From positions 1-64,000 of the IMG/VR virus record IMGVR_UViG_3300020203_000404: a stretch of DNA of 64,000 nucleotides; one strand, written 5' to 3'. Positions 25,898-36,171 of the stretch are shown in pieces; position 1 is the stretch's first letter; each line of letters starts with the position of its first letter. A program made the position numbers and the translations under genes. A model generated the notes under the pieces. It was given only the letters and a program-made list of their open reading frames with translations. It was not told the DNA's origin and did no database searches. This DNA is from a virus.

Positions 25898-26174
25898 ACC
25901 TCGCAATGACTATGTGCTTGTGCAGACAGACGCCAAGCAGGAAAAGACACGAGGCGGCATCCTTCTGCCTGAGCGTGCTCAGGAAGATCGTATAGAGGCT
26001 GTTGTGTTAGCCGTGGGTTCGGGCGGCGTAACGTCAAATGGCGTTCGCGTTCCAATCGACCTCACTGTCAATGACCGTGTTCTGATTCACCAGTTTTCTG
26101 GTAATGAAGTCGGAAACAAAGACGATCGCTTGTTCCTCGTAAGACAGGACTGCGTGCTCGGCAAGTTATCATGA
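25887..26174 (+). CDS. groES: co-chaperonin GroES
   Basis: MKIEPRNDYVLV...KTRGGILLPE...VLAVGSG. Confidence 0.92.
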   Translation: MKIEPRNDYVLVQTDAKQEKTRGGILLPERAQEDRIEAVVLAVGSGGVTSNGVRVPIDLTVNDRVLIHQFSGNEVGNKDDRLFLVRQDCVLGKLS

Positions 26175-26980
26175 CCTCTAGCGACAGACATTTGATGAAT
26201 GGCGAACCCCGATGGGACTATGGCGTGCAACGCTACAAGTCCCATCGGGACGTTTTCTTTGAGCCGGGATTGATCTCAATTCTGTTCTTGGCCTGCGGTC
26301 GTCATGATGTAACAAAAAGATGTCTACTCGCGACAGTAGATTCTGTCGCTCGCAGTCCATTGGAAGTAGAATGGATCTTCATTGAAAACGGTCAATGTGA
26401 ACAGAATTATAAGCTATTTCAAGAGATTAATCTTGAAAGAAAAGTAATAGTGCGTCAACGTAACTACGGTATTAACCAAGGTCTGAATCAAGCATGGGGA
26501 TTGTCGCGTGGTGAGTTTTGTCTTATTCACGAAAATGATTGGGAGGTTCGCCAGAACGTGGACTTCTTGTCGATTGCTCACGACATCATGCAAGAACAAC
26601 CTGATGTTGGTGTATTGCAATTGAGAGCAGTTTACGACCCATGTGAAAACTGGGGCCTTGGCGAACCAAAATATTTGCCATGGTCATGCAGTAATGAAAT
26701 GCTTGAGAAGGCGAATGTACGTCTATGGCCTGAGAGTACGCAAACCGGCCATCATTATCAGATCGCCAATTTCCCTAATGGGTTTAATAATAACCCAGTT
26801 ATCATTAGAAAAAGTCTGTATCGAGAGTGTGGACCATATCCCGAAGCGGACTTAGGATGCGACCCCCGCCACGGTGAGACTGAATATCAGGAACGTGTGG
26901 CGAAAACCGGGTGTGCGACTGCACACATTGGTATTGAACTTTTCTATCATTGTGGTCATATGACCACGAAAGCGAACTAA
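26171..26980 (+). CDS. GT2-like (GT-A fold) glycosyltransferase
   Basis: ISIL...WIFIENG...NYGINQGLNQAW..SRGEF..IHENDW. Confidence 0.8.
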   Translation: MTSSDRHLMNGEPRWDYGVQRYKSHRDVFFEPGLISILFLACGRHDVTKRCLLATVDSVARSPLEVEWIFIENGQCEQNYKLFQEINLERKVIVRQRNYGINQGLNQAWGLSRGEFCLIHENDWEVRQNVDFLSIAHDIMQEQPDVGVLQLRAVYDPCENWGLGEPKYLPWSCSNEMLEKANVRLWPESTQTGHHYQIANFPNGFNNNPVIIRKSLYRECGPYPEADLGCDPRHGETEYQERVAKTGCATAHIGIELFYHCGHMTTKAN

Positions 26981-26981
26981 T

Positions 26982-27197
26982 ATGAATGTAAAACAAGGCG
27001 ATCTTGTCAATGTTAATGGCGTTGAGTCCATCTTGGAAACGTCATGGGGACAAGGCAAGCACAAGATTTTCAAGCTAGTTGATGGCCGTCAAATTGCCGA
27101 TCTTGACAAGCTTATTGCTTCTGGTCAGGCGACTATTGTAGCGGCACCAATTCAGTTGGTAGCCGAAGATAAGCCTAAGAAGACATGGAATTCGTGA
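26982..27197 (+). CDS. hypothetical protein
   Basis: ORF in the operon. Confidence 0.65.
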   Translation: MNVKQGDLVNVNGVESILETSWGQGKHKIFKLVDGRQIADLDKLIASGQATIVAAPIQLVAEDKPKKTWNS

Positions 27198-27688
27198 AGT
27201 CTGATCTACCTAAGCTTCCGACTCTTGTAGTTGATACGCGAGAGCGAATTCCTTTCGACTATGAGGGCGAAGAGGAATTTGAAGCTATTGTTCACGAGAA
27301 GTTAGATGCCGGTGACTATTCCTTAAAAGGAATGGAGCACATTATCGTCATTGAGCGAAAAGCAACCGCTGATGAGCTATTCAATAACTTCACGCAGAAC
27401 AAAGATCGTATTTATGCGGAGTTTGAGCGTTTGCGTAATCACAAGATCAAGATTATCATGATTGAACAGTCCTGTGAAGATATTTGTAATCCACGCAATT
27501 ATTATGTGAATAAGAAGGGCATCAATAAGGCAAGTGTGAATATGCCCGTTGCTGTTGTAGCTGCCAATCTTAACACATTAATGTTAGAGTATGAAGCTCA
27601 AGTCATCTTTGCGGGCTCTAAAGCCCGCAGCATGACGAAGAACATTTTGCTTGCTGCATATAAATTGTACAGACAAGGTAGATTGTAA
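27185..27688 (+). CDS. ERCC4-domain structure-specific nuclease
   Basis: VVDTRE, LDAGDYS and VIERK motifs. Confidence 0.85.
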   Translation: MEFVKSDLPKLPTLVVDTRERIPFDYEGEEEFEAIVHEKLDAGDYSLKGMEHIIVIERKATADELFNNFTQNKDRIYAEFERLRNHKIKIIMIEQSCEDICNPRNYYVNKKGINKASVNMPVAVVAANLNTLMLEYEAQVIFAGSKARSMTKNILLAAYKLYRQGRL

Positions 27689-29730
27689 TGGGACTGTCTG
27701 CTGGTCAGATTAGACGCTTGAGCGGCTCCGTGTGGAGCACGACATTCAAACGCGAAGATATCATGCGTATCTTCGATGAGTGCGGCCCGGCACAATCCGT
27801 GTACCACATGGCCAACTTTAACTTGGCGTGGTTTGTACAGAAGGTCTTTTGTAACCAACAAGGTAAACCCTTGAAGCTACTTGCGTTTCAGCAAGTGATG
27901 CTTCAAATGTTGTGGTCCAAGAAGTTTCCTATGATTCTTGCCACTCGTGGTGCAGGTAAAACATTTATTCTAGCCCTTTACGCTTTGCTCAGAGCTATCT
28001 TGATACCTGGATCAAAGATTGTTATTTGTGGTGCTGGCTTCCGTCAAGCCAAGTTGGTATTCAAGTATATTGAACAGTTATACGAAGCTTCGCCGTTAAT
28101 CAAAGAAGCTCTAGAGCAGTGGGGTGGTCCGAAGTATGGATCGGACATGGCTACGCTTCGTGTTGGCCTATCTGTGATTCAAGCTATTCCTATCGGTGAT
28201 GGCGAAAAGATTAGAGGTATTCGTGCAACATGTTTGATCGCCGATGAGTTTGCGTCGATCCCAGAAGAAATCTTTGATATCGTTATTGCTCCGTTTACTG
28301 CCGTACATGCAAACCCCGAAGAGCGTGCCGCTAATGCCGCGTTCGTGAATCGTTTGATTAGCCTTGGAGCACCAGAAGAACTGGTCAGTGCGATTCGTAG
28401 TACACAGGGATTCGGTAACCAGATCGTTGTGTCTGGCACACCATCGTACAAACATAATCACTTTTTCAAGCGTTATGGCGTGTACAAGATGTTTATTCAA
28501 TCGAAGGGTGATGTTAAAAATCTCAAGAGGGCTTTGGAAGAAAAACATCTTGCGGCTACTGGACGTACACAAGATATCACGGAAGATGACTTGAAGAACG
28601 CTGAGAAGACGTGGCGTCATTACGCCATCTATCAGCTTCCTTACACCGCCTTGCCAGAAAACTTCCTAGACGAAGACAACATTCGCTCTGACCGTGCTGC
28701 ATTTCCAAGACATCGTTTTGCGATGGAGTACTTGGCTCAGTTTCCAGACGATACGGACGGCTTCATTAGGCGATCGTGGGTTGAAAACTCTACACCCAAA
28801 GCTCCAAATGAAGAGCCGATTTATTGCGAATTGTATGGCGACCCTCGTGCTGTTTATGTAATGGGTATTGACCCTGCTCGTTTTAATGATAACCTTGGTG
28901 TTGTCATCTTGAAGTTGACAGCTCGTGGAAAAGAGATGGTTTATTGTAATGCATGGGACAAAACCGAATTTGGTGTGTCTGCTCAAAAGATTCGCGAAAT
29001 TGTGAAACGCTTCAACGTCTCTTATATTGCTATAGATACTGGTGGCGGTGGCGAACCTATTCGTGAATGGCTATGCAAGAAGACAGATGATGTACAACCG
29101 GAAGACTTCATTTGGGTAATTCCTGATCAAATGGAGAAGTTTACAGGTGATAAGTCTGGTATGGGTGCTCCGGGCAAGAAGATCCTTGAAATGGTGGATT
29201 TTACGACTACCTGGATTTCTCAATCTGCTCACGGCGTTGCCTCGGACGTGGAACAGTGCAATATCTTGTTCCCTCACCGTGCTGATGAAGCTAGGGTCTA
29301 CGATCAGTACGCTCGTCACTTTGGTGTATCTGATGTCTCGGATAGTGAAAAAGAACGTCTCCAGCAAGATATTTGGGGCGTGGACGACTGGGATGCTGAA
29401 CGTGCCACGAAATCTTATGGCGAAAAGTTTGTACCTCGTATGGGTGCGATGCAACATATTAATGAATGCATCAATGAGATGTGTGCTATCATGCGTTCAG
29501 TTAGTCCCAAGGGAACAGAAAGTTTTGAACTACCTAAACTTTCCGAGCAGCCAGAAGGTCTTGACATGAGACGCCGTGACCGTTGGTCCGCTCTTATGTT
29601 AGCTAATTATGCCGCTAAGGTTTTCATGGGTACAGGACATAAACCCAGACAGGGCACGCCCAAGACACGTACTCAAGCTGGTCGTGGATATACAAGTCGT
29701 AGTCGCCGTCGTGGGTCCGTAGGTTACTGA
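27688..29730 (+). CDS. terL: terminase large subunit
   Basis: Walker A ATRGAGKT, Walker B CLIADE, nuclease MGIDPA and RDRWSA. Confidence 0.92.
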   Translation: MGLSAGQIRRLSGSVWSTTFKREDIMRIFDECGPAQSVYHMANFNLAWFVQKVFCNQQGKPLKLLAFQQVMLQMLWSKKFPMILATRGAGKTFILALYALLRAILIPGSKIVICGAGFRQAKLVFKYIEQLYEASPLIKEALEQWGGPKYGSDMATLRVGLSVIQAIPIGDGEKIRGIRATCLIADEFASIPEEIFDIVIAPFTAVHANPEERAANAAFVNRLISLGAPEELVSAIRSTQGFGNQIVVSGTPSYKHNHFFKRYGVYKMFIQSKGDVKNLKRALEEKHLAATGRTQDITEDDLKNAEKTWRHYAIYQLPYTALPENFLDEDNIRSDRAAFPRHRFAMEYLAQFPDDTDGFIRRSWVENSTPKAPNEEPIYCELYGDPRAVYVMGIDPARFNDNLGVVILKLTARGKEMVYCNAWDKTEFGVSAQKIREIVKRFNVSYIAIDTGGGGEPIREWLCKKTDDVQPEDFIWVIPDQMEKFTGDKSGMGAPGKKILEMVDFTTTWISQSAHGVASDVEQCNILFPHRADEARVYDQYARHFGVSDVSDSEKERLQQDIWGVDDWDAERATKSYGEKFVPRMGAMQHINECINEMCAIMRSVSPKGTESFELPKLSEQPEGLDMRRRDRWSALMLANYAAKVFMGTGHKPRQGTPKTRTQAGRGYTSRSRRRGSVGY

Positions 29731-29733
29731 GTC

Positions 29734-29743
29734 TTAGTGTAAT
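29734..29743 (+). promoter_or_regulatory. candidate late promoter motif TTAGTGTAnT. Also at 32242, 33765, 37248, 38065, 41881, 45166, 54868, 55525
   Basis: Recurs in most intergenic gaps of the structural module. Confidence 0.65.
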
Positions 29744-29782
29744 CAATTGTGCCGCGATACAATCGGCCCCTAGGTACTTCAA

Positions 29783-32239
29783 ATGGCAAAACGTACAACA
29801 TCAGCTCGCAATGTAACGCCCAGTAGAGCTTCGCCTCAAGCTATGTTAGCCGCTACCGAACGTTCAAACGCTCGTGCTGCTCGTCAAAAAACAGAGGGAT
29901 ACTTCTATGGTAACATGGGAGATAGTATTGAGCGTCGCCACAGTGGTTTAGACGGCTCGCCTTTTGGTGGTTTTGGCAACGGCAGCGATGTTGGTCAGGG
30001 CACAATGGGTGCTGGCTCATCTTGGAATGCCCAAGGCTTTGGTAACTACTTTGGTACCGGCCTTCTTAATGGCTTTGGTCGCATGTCTGGAGGAGCCGCT
30101 GGCGGTGCGTCAGGTGGCTTTACATATTTAAAGCGTTTCTCTTCGAACGCTGCTTTCAATCATAACATCATCGCTCAATGTCACATGGCCTATCTTGGCT
30201 ATGGTATTGTTCGCAATATTGTAGATCTATATGCCGACTTCGCCACCGAAGGTGTAGAAATTGAGCATGCCGACGCTTCTGTGCGAAATTTCTACCGTAC
30301 GTGGGCTCGTAAGATTGGCCTTGAAGAGCGTTGTCATAACATGTTTCTCAATCTGTTCGTTTCAGGACAGACGTTTGTGCATCGTCGTTGGGCCACTCTT
30401 GATGAAGGCTCTAAGAGAGCAATGAAACGTTCAGAGGCTTCCGAGAATATTGGCGACACTCTGATCGTGCGTGGTAAGACACGAGATACTTCAATTGAAG
30501 CTCGCGAAAATGATTTCATTGATTGGTTCCTTTCGAAGAAGGGTAACGAATATATCAGTGATCTTACAAAGGCAGACAAGAAGGTCGTTGGCGATGCACC
30601 GCCCTCTGCAAGCGAAGAGGGGTTACCACAGAATACTTCCAAGCAGATTCCGTGGGGCTATACGTTTCTGAATCCGCTTCAAATGGAGATGCGAGGTCGC
30701 AAGATTCGTGGTGACTCATACTGGGTCATGGCCCTAGATAAGCGTGACGCCCTTGATGTAGCTCGCGGCCTTGGCATGCGAAGTTCTCAGGATTTGGGGA
30801 CGACCGAAGTGAATATCCCTCGTGAGTTTCTCACTCGCATGAATTCATATCAAGGCCCCGGTTCTGGTTATTCTGCCGAGATCAAGCTTACAAAAGAAGA
30901 GTTGAGTGTCGTTCAGGCACCCGGTAAGTTTGATTGGTTTGACTGGGCCGTACCGTTTGTCTACCCGGCTCTACAAGCCTTGTACTTCAAGGACTGTCTA
31001 CGCTCGATGGAAATTCGTGCATGTCAGTCTATCATTAATGCTGTTTTCTTGTATAAGCTTGGTAATCTCAAAGAAGGTTTTCCAGCAGAAGATGAACACT
31101 TTGAGCGTCTAGCAGACATGTTGCAGATGCCTGGATCGGTCATGAATATTCTATGGAATGATCAGATTTCAGCCGAAGTGATTCAACCAAAAGTTGAAGG
31201 TATTTTTGACATTGACAAGCACAAGTCGGCTGATCACGATATCATGACCGCACTAGGCGTTCCTGAAGTCTTGATTGGTGGTGGCGGTGGAGGTTTTTCG
31301 AATTCGTTCATTGCGGTATCGACCGTATTAGAACGTCTTGAATCCTATCGTAATCAAGTTAAAGACTGGCTCATGGGAGAAATGAAGATCGTCGCTGATG
31401 CGATGGGATTCCAAAAACTACCCACTATTAGATTTGGCAGAACAAGTCTTCAAGATGAGAAGGCTTATCAAGCTTTCGTCACTGGTCTTTATGACCGTAA
31501 CATTTTGTCTGCCGATACACTTCTTCGTCAAGCTGACACAACTGTTGATACAGAGGTGGCTAAGCTAAAGGAAGAAAACAATCTTCGTGAACAGGGCGTT
31601 CTTGAAATGCGTGGACCGTTTGTCAAGCCAGATAACAAGGACGGCGTTCCTCAGCCACCGCCAAAGCCGGTCGCACCAACAGGTATTGACGGCAAGAAGA
31701 CTCCAAGAACACCCAATGGTCGTCCCGCTGGAACGCCAACTGGCCCGACTGGAAAACAAGACAATCCTCGCAAGCCCAAGGGACTGGGAATTGCCAAGCT
31801 TTCGAAGCTATTAGAGTTGCACGATGAACTTTCTGAGCATGGTCGTTCTATCTTGGCTCGCCTAGAAGAATTCGTCGGCGACAGATATCTTCAAACAAAA
31901 GCAAAAGATAATCCTAATCTTAAGCATTTAAAGCAACTCAAGCTCGAAGAGCGTGAACGCTTGGAACAGATGATTTACAATGTGTTTAGTCACATGCCCG
32001 CTCCTGATAGCGATTCTCCGCTGAGCGACGATTTTATTGTAAACATGTTGCGTTCTGACGCCGCTGAGACAGTTAAGGTAGATGTACTTAATATCTATAC
32101 TGACAAGGTTGCTCAGTATAGCAAGTCGTTTGGTAAAACTCCTACTCGCGAGATGCGACGCCAGTTTATGGTGTCTGCTTGGACTCAAAAAGCAATCAAA
32201 CAACACGTAGCACAAAAACCTGATGCACTGAGAGTATAG
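29783..32239 (+). CDS. portal protein
   Basis: Directly after terL; IVRNIVDLYADF and IMTALGVPEVLIG portal-like motifs; Pro/Gly-rich tail. Confidence 0.8.
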   Translation: MAKRTTSARNVTPSRASPQAMLAATERSNARAARQKTEGYFYGNMGDSIERRHSGLDGSPFGGFGNGSDVGQGTMGAGSSWNAQGFGNYFGTGLLNGFGRMSGGAAGGASGGFTYLKRFSSNAAFNHNIIAQCHMAYLGYGIVRNIVDLYADFATEGVEIEHADASVRNFYRTWARKIGLEERCHNMFLNLFVSGQTFVHRRWATLDEGSKRAMKRSEASENIGDTLIVRGKTRDTSIEARENDFIDWFLSKKGNEYISDLTKADKKVVGDAPPSASEEGLPQNTSKQIPWGYTFLNPLQMEMRGRKIRGDSYWVMALDKRDALDVARGLGMRSSQDLGTTEVNIPREFLTRMNSYQGPGSGYSAEIKLTKEELSVVQAPGKFDWFDWAVPFVYPALQALYFKDCLRSMEIRACQSIINAVFLYKLGNLKEGFPAEDEHFERLADMLQMPGSVMNILWNDQISAEVIQPKVEGIFDIDKHKSADHDIMTALGVPEVLIGGGGGGFSNSFIAVSTVLERLESYRNQVKDWLMGEMKIVADAMGFQKLPTIRFGRTSLQDEKAYQAFVTGLYDRNILSADTLLRQADTTVDTEVAKLKEENNLREQGVLEMRGPFVKPDNKDGVPQPPPKPVAPTGIDGKKTPRTPNGRPAGTPTGPTGKQDNPRKPKGLGIAKLSKLLELHDELSEHGRSILARLEEFVGDRYLQTKAKDNPNLKHLKQLKLEERERLEQMIYNVFSHMPAPDSDSPLSDDFIVNMLRSDAAETVKVDVLNIYTDKVAQYSKSFGKTPTREMRRQFMVSAWTQKAIKQHVAQKPDALRV

Positions 32240-32329
32240 TTTTAGCGTATTGTACATTACGGACAAAGTTACTGTCGGTGTTGTCCCAGCACACAGCACG
32301 AAGAACATTAGCTATTCTAAGGATAAACA

Positions 32330-33100
32330 ATGAATTACGAGCAAGCATTCCGCAATATGGCCAAATCTCTGAATGTCGAAGATGTGAAACCAGATCAAAT
32401 CGGTCAGACGCCCGAGTCTCGCCCGCGTCAGGTTTACGTACCTTCTGATTCGATCACAGAAGGTTTTATTAGTGGTAGTATTGCTGGTCAGGTGTCGCCT
32501 AGACTGTTAGACAAGAAGGATCATTTTCCAGTCTTTACAGAAACTCAAGCACGTTCCAGTATGTCACGAGCAATGCAGTTGACAGAAGTTCCTGTCTGGT
32601 ATAGCGGCAACATGGATGATCTTCGAAGAGAGGTCTATATGGGGATTGCCAAGGTCCATCCTGATCTTGTAGACATTGAAGTTAATGTTCCCGCGTCACG
32701 TATTGTTGCCCTGTCAGACGGCATGACACCAGCCGAACAGAGCAAGAAGTCTATTGACAATCCAGCCGACGTTCAGAAGACTTTGGTTCCTGGCGTCAAG
32801 CGTCCAACCATCACGACCGCCGACGTTTTGAAAGTGTGTGAGAATGACGACATGCGTGTTGCAATTGCTGGCAAACTTCTAGAATGCATCGAAAGTCAAG
32901 AAGCTGATATTGCTGGTGCCAAGAAGATGGCTCAAGTGCTTTTAAAGAAGGGCTTGAGTTCCGAGGAGTTCGATTTGCTTAGCACTTACTTGCAAAGTGA
33001 TATTTTGCGTGAAATGATGTACAATTCAAAGTCTAACGCATCGACGGAAGTACGTCGTCGTGTCCTTCTAGACCGTTTGAAGCCAGAAAACAAAAACTAA
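32330..33100 (+). CDS. hypothetical head-module protein
   Basis: ORF with SD; position in the head module. Confidence 0.7.
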   Translation: MNYEQAFRNMAKSLNVEDVKPDQIGQTPESRPRQVYVPSDSITEGFISGSIAGQVSPRLLDKKDHFPVFTETQARSSMSRAMQLTEVPVWYSGNMDDLRREVYMGIAKVHPDLVDIEVNVPASRIVALSDGMTPAEQSKKSIDNPADVQKTLVPGVKRPTITTADVLKVCENDDMRVAIAGKLLECIESQEADIAGAKKMAQVLLKKGLSSEEFDLLSTYLQSDILREMMYNSKSNASTEVRRRVLLDRLKPENKN

Positions 33101-33101
33101 A

Positions 33102-33341
33102 ATGTCAGCTCCTCTAAATTCTGGATTCAGAAACAATATTAACGTGATGCAGCTTCGTTCTAGTGGAACGAGTTTGCAACGTGTGACCGATCGTACTATC
33201 GGCAACATCACTTCGCTTGCGACAGATCCGCCCTCTCCTCCGGGACTGGAACGCACTGTTATTAGCACGAATGTAGATACTGATGGCGGCGTTGCTCACG
33301 ACAATCAAACAACTGTAGAATTCACAGAAGGTGGCAACTAA
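33102..33341 (+). CDS. hypothetical protein
   Basis: ORF in the operon. Confidence 0.6.
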   Translation: MSAPLNSGFRNNINVMQLRSSGTSLQRVTDRTIGNITSLATDPPSPPGLERTVISTNVDTDGGVAHDNQTTVEFTEGGN

Positions 33342-33751
33342 TGTGGAAGCGTGAATATTTGTCCCGCAATCGCGGACTGCAAGCTGATATATTCAGCGAC
33401 GCAATGAAGGCCGCTGGTGCAAGTCCCGTCATTGCCGACACCCATTATTCCATTTTTAAGCCAAAGAATGTGCCCGCTTGGAATCATCGTCCAGCGATGC
33501 CAGCAGAAGAAGCTCTTTATATGGGTACGCACATTCATGCGGAATCTAATCCTCTTGGATTACATACTCACGTTAAGGGTGGTAAATTAACTGGTGGACA
33601 TAGCCACGGACCTCAAAATCGTTTTGGCGGACATCATCACAAAAAAGGTGCAATTGAAATGTCTGTTTCGATTGACGGTTCGCACGTTCACGAGGATGGT
33701 CGTAATTACCCGAACGGTGATCACGAGCACCGCCCTGAGAATTTTGGGTGA
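33341..33751 (+). CDS. His-rich (HxH repeat) protein
   Basis: HIH, HTH, HSH, HHH, HVH, HEH. Confidence 0.7.
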   Translation: MWKREYLSRNRGLQADIFSDAMKAAGASPVIADTHYSIFKPKNVPAWNHRPAMPAEEALYMGTHIHAESNPLGLHTHVKGGKLTGGHSHGPQNRFGGHHHKKGAIEMSVSIDGSHVHEDGRNYPNGDHEHRPENFG

Positions 33752-33783
33752 GTCTAACCGACTTTTAGTTTATTGGTTATGGG

Positions 33784-35658
33784 ATGAAATACAAAACCCA
33801 GTTATATTCGAAAGCGACGCTTCTCAAGCCTCAGACTGATAAGTTTAAGTCTGTTGCTTCGTCGCTAAAGGATAAGTACGGCTTTGATCTAAAGCCGCAA
33901 ATGGATCTTTTGTATCTTGAATCGTGTCTTGTTTCCGCTGGCATTCGAGCTGGTGTTAACGATAACGATGACATCTTCACTCGTGAAGAGTGTTGGGCTG
34001 CTCGTCATACGCCTGTATTGAAGCCCTTTAATTGGCAGCATCAGGACAAGGATATTGTTGGGGTCATTTATACGGTTCAAGCCCGTGATCTCAATGGAAA
34101 CGTTCTTGATATTCATGACGAGAATGTACCAGAAAACGACTTCGATCTTTGGACGGAGGCCGTTATCTTCCGCTTGATTCATCCAGAACGTGCCCGCGAG
34201 GTTGAAGCTCGTGCGAAGGCAAATGATCTGTTTGTTTCTATGGAAGCTTGGTTTGACGATTACAGCTATGGACTGTACGGCAGTAATGGACTGTCTAAAA
34301 TCGTCGCCCGTAATGAGAAAACCTCTTTTCTTGATAAGCACTTGCGTGCTGCCGGGGGAGTAGGAAAATATTATGATCCTGAGTTGGGTCAAGATATGCG
34401 AATTGGTCGCGTTTTACGTTCTATTACGTTTGGCGGATGTGGTTTGGTTGACCACCCAGCAAATAAGCGTTCTGTTATCACATCTGTTGATGTGATGTCA
34501 AGCGTAGCTGAGCAAGATCAGATTGAACTATTTCTGCAACAACTAATGGAATCAGAAGCAAATCCCTCACAGGAGTTAGCCGTAATGAATACACAAGCAA
34601 ATGTAAATCAGCCTAATGTTGAGACGGCTATCGAATCCGTACTCGACAAGCGTGATCAGGTAGCTGCAAAGGCAGCCGCAGAGAAGGCATTGCAGGCCCG
34701 TGTAACTACAGCAGAAGTAACGAGCAAAGAACTCGAAGCTAAGAATGCTGAGTTGAACAAGGCCCTCGAAGTCAAGAGCCAAGAAGTCCAGTCTTTGAAC
34801 GATCAAACTGCCGCGTACGACGCTGCTGTTAAGAAGTTGGTCGAAGAGCATGTGACTGCTGGTGCGACGAATGACGTACCGCCTGAGATCTCTAAGATCG
34901 ACTTGGCGAAGACTGGTGCGGACGCTTTCGCTGCAAAGATAGCTTGGATTTCGCAATCGCGTGCATCTCTCGCCGCCCGTGCCGCTCGTGCTGATGAGCT
35001 TGAAGCCAAGCTTGCCGAAGCGGAACTAGTCGTGCGTGAACAGGACGTTCGTTCACTCCTGAGTGATGTAATGTCAGAAGAAGCAGTTGAAGCTTTTGTT
35101 GCTCATGCTACCAAGCTCGATAATGACGGTTACTTGCAGTGGCGTGACATGCAGGAACTAATGGTCATTGAGGTTGCGAAAGCAGCGACGACATACACAG
35201 AAGATGAAGATGCTCCTGTCGCCAAGAAGGGCAAGATGCCGTTCCCGCCCAAGAAGGGTAAGGAAGCTAAGGCTGCCAATCCTTTTAAGGTTCTTCTAGA
35301 AAAGTATCATTCAGAGAGTACTGCCAATCCCGACACAAGTGTCGTGACTAATGGCGATCCTCTGATCAACTTCCCAGCCGGTACTGGCATCAACAGTGGT
35401 GTCAACTCTGGGCAGTTAAAGAATCCTCGTTTCAAGATCGCTGGTGGTGCTGCCGGGAACGATCCTTCGAAGGTGCTGGAAACAGCTAAGCCTAAGAATG
35501 GCGTTTCTCTTGCCGGTGCTTCTCAAGCTGGTGACGATGGAGAAGCCGTTAACCCATTCCGCGTTCTCGCGAGCTTGGTAACGGATTCTAAGCAAGAGAG
35601 TGAAGATAATGAAATCCAGCCTAAGGCTCAAAAGCCCGGCTTTAACCCAATTCAGTAA
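33784..35658 (+). CDS. prohead protease / scaffold fusion
   Basis: NDNDDIF...FNWQH...VSME...FGGCGLVDHPA protease-like N-terminus, then a long coiled coil. Confidence 0.7.
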   Translation: MKYKTQLYSKATLLKPQTDKFKSVASSLKDKYGFDLKPQMDLLYLESCLVSAGIRAGVNDNDDIFTREECWAARHTPVLKPFNWQHQDKDIVGVIYTVQARDLNGNVLDIHDENVPENDFDLWTEAVIFRLIHPERAREVEARAKANDLFVSMEAWFDDYSYGLYGSNGLSKIVARNEKTSFLDKHLRAAGGVGKYYDPELGQDMRIGRVLRSITFGGCGLVDHPANKRSVITSVDVMSSVAEQDQIELFLQQLMESEANPSQELAVMNTQANVNQPNVETAIESVLDKRDQVAAKAAAEKALQARVTTAEVTSKELEAKNAELNKALEVKSQEVQSLNDQTAAYDAAVKKLVEEHVTAGATNDVPPEISKIDLAKTGADAFAAKIAWISQSRASLAARAARADELEAKLAEAELVVREQDVRSLLSDVMSEEAVEAFVAHATKLDNDGYLQWRDMQELMVIEVAKAATTYTEDEDAPVAKKGKMPFPPKKGKEAKAANPFKVLLEKYHSESTANPDTSVVTNGDPLINFPAGTGINSGVNSGQLKNPRFKIAGGAAGNDPSKVLETAKPKNGVSLAGASQAGDDGEAVNPFRVLASLVTDSKQESEDNEIQPKAQKPGFNPIQ

Positions 35659-35671
35659 GAGGAGAGTAAAC

Positions 35672-36157
35672 ATGGCACTACAACCTAGTCGTCAAGTTTT
35701 CCAGACATACGTAGGAGGTACGTCATCTGGCGTCGCTGAACGTGGTGGAATCATGTCGTTCGTTCCCGGTGTTGCTGGGCTTGTAGCCTATGCTAACGCG
35801 GCTGCCGTTTCCGGTCAGCTTGTCCAACCGCTCGGTATTCTTTTGGATGACGTTGAAAACCTCAACTACTATAATCATCCTGAATACCGTCAGCGTAACG
35901 TTGTGCCTCAGGGCAGCGTTGTGGGCATCTGCACGGAAGGTGAGTTTTGGACTGACTTTGTGGAAGCGACTGGTCCGGGAGCAATCTCGGTCGGCACGTA
36001 CGCCCCAGGTGATGTCCTTTACCTCGCCGACAACGGACAGGTATCGCGTAACAACGGAACGTTCAACAATGGTACTACTGCTAAGCGTTTTGTAGTTGGT
36101 AAGGCCCTGTCTGCCCGTGGCAGCGACGGATTCCTACAAGTCCGTATTGATCTCTGA
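35672..36157 (+). CDS. head decoration / cement protein
   Basis: Between scaffold and capsid genes; GAGGAG SD; GDVLYLADNG motif. Confidence 0.65.
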   Translation: MALQPSRQVFQTYVGGTSSGVAERGGIMSFVPGVAGLVAYANAAAVSGQLVQPLGILLDDVENLNYYNHPEYRQRNVVPQGSVVGICTEGEFWTDFVEATGPGAISVGTYAPGDVLYLADNGQVSRNNGTFNNGTTAKRFVVGKALSARGSDGFLQVRIDL

Positions 36158-36171
36158 TAAGGAGCACAGAC

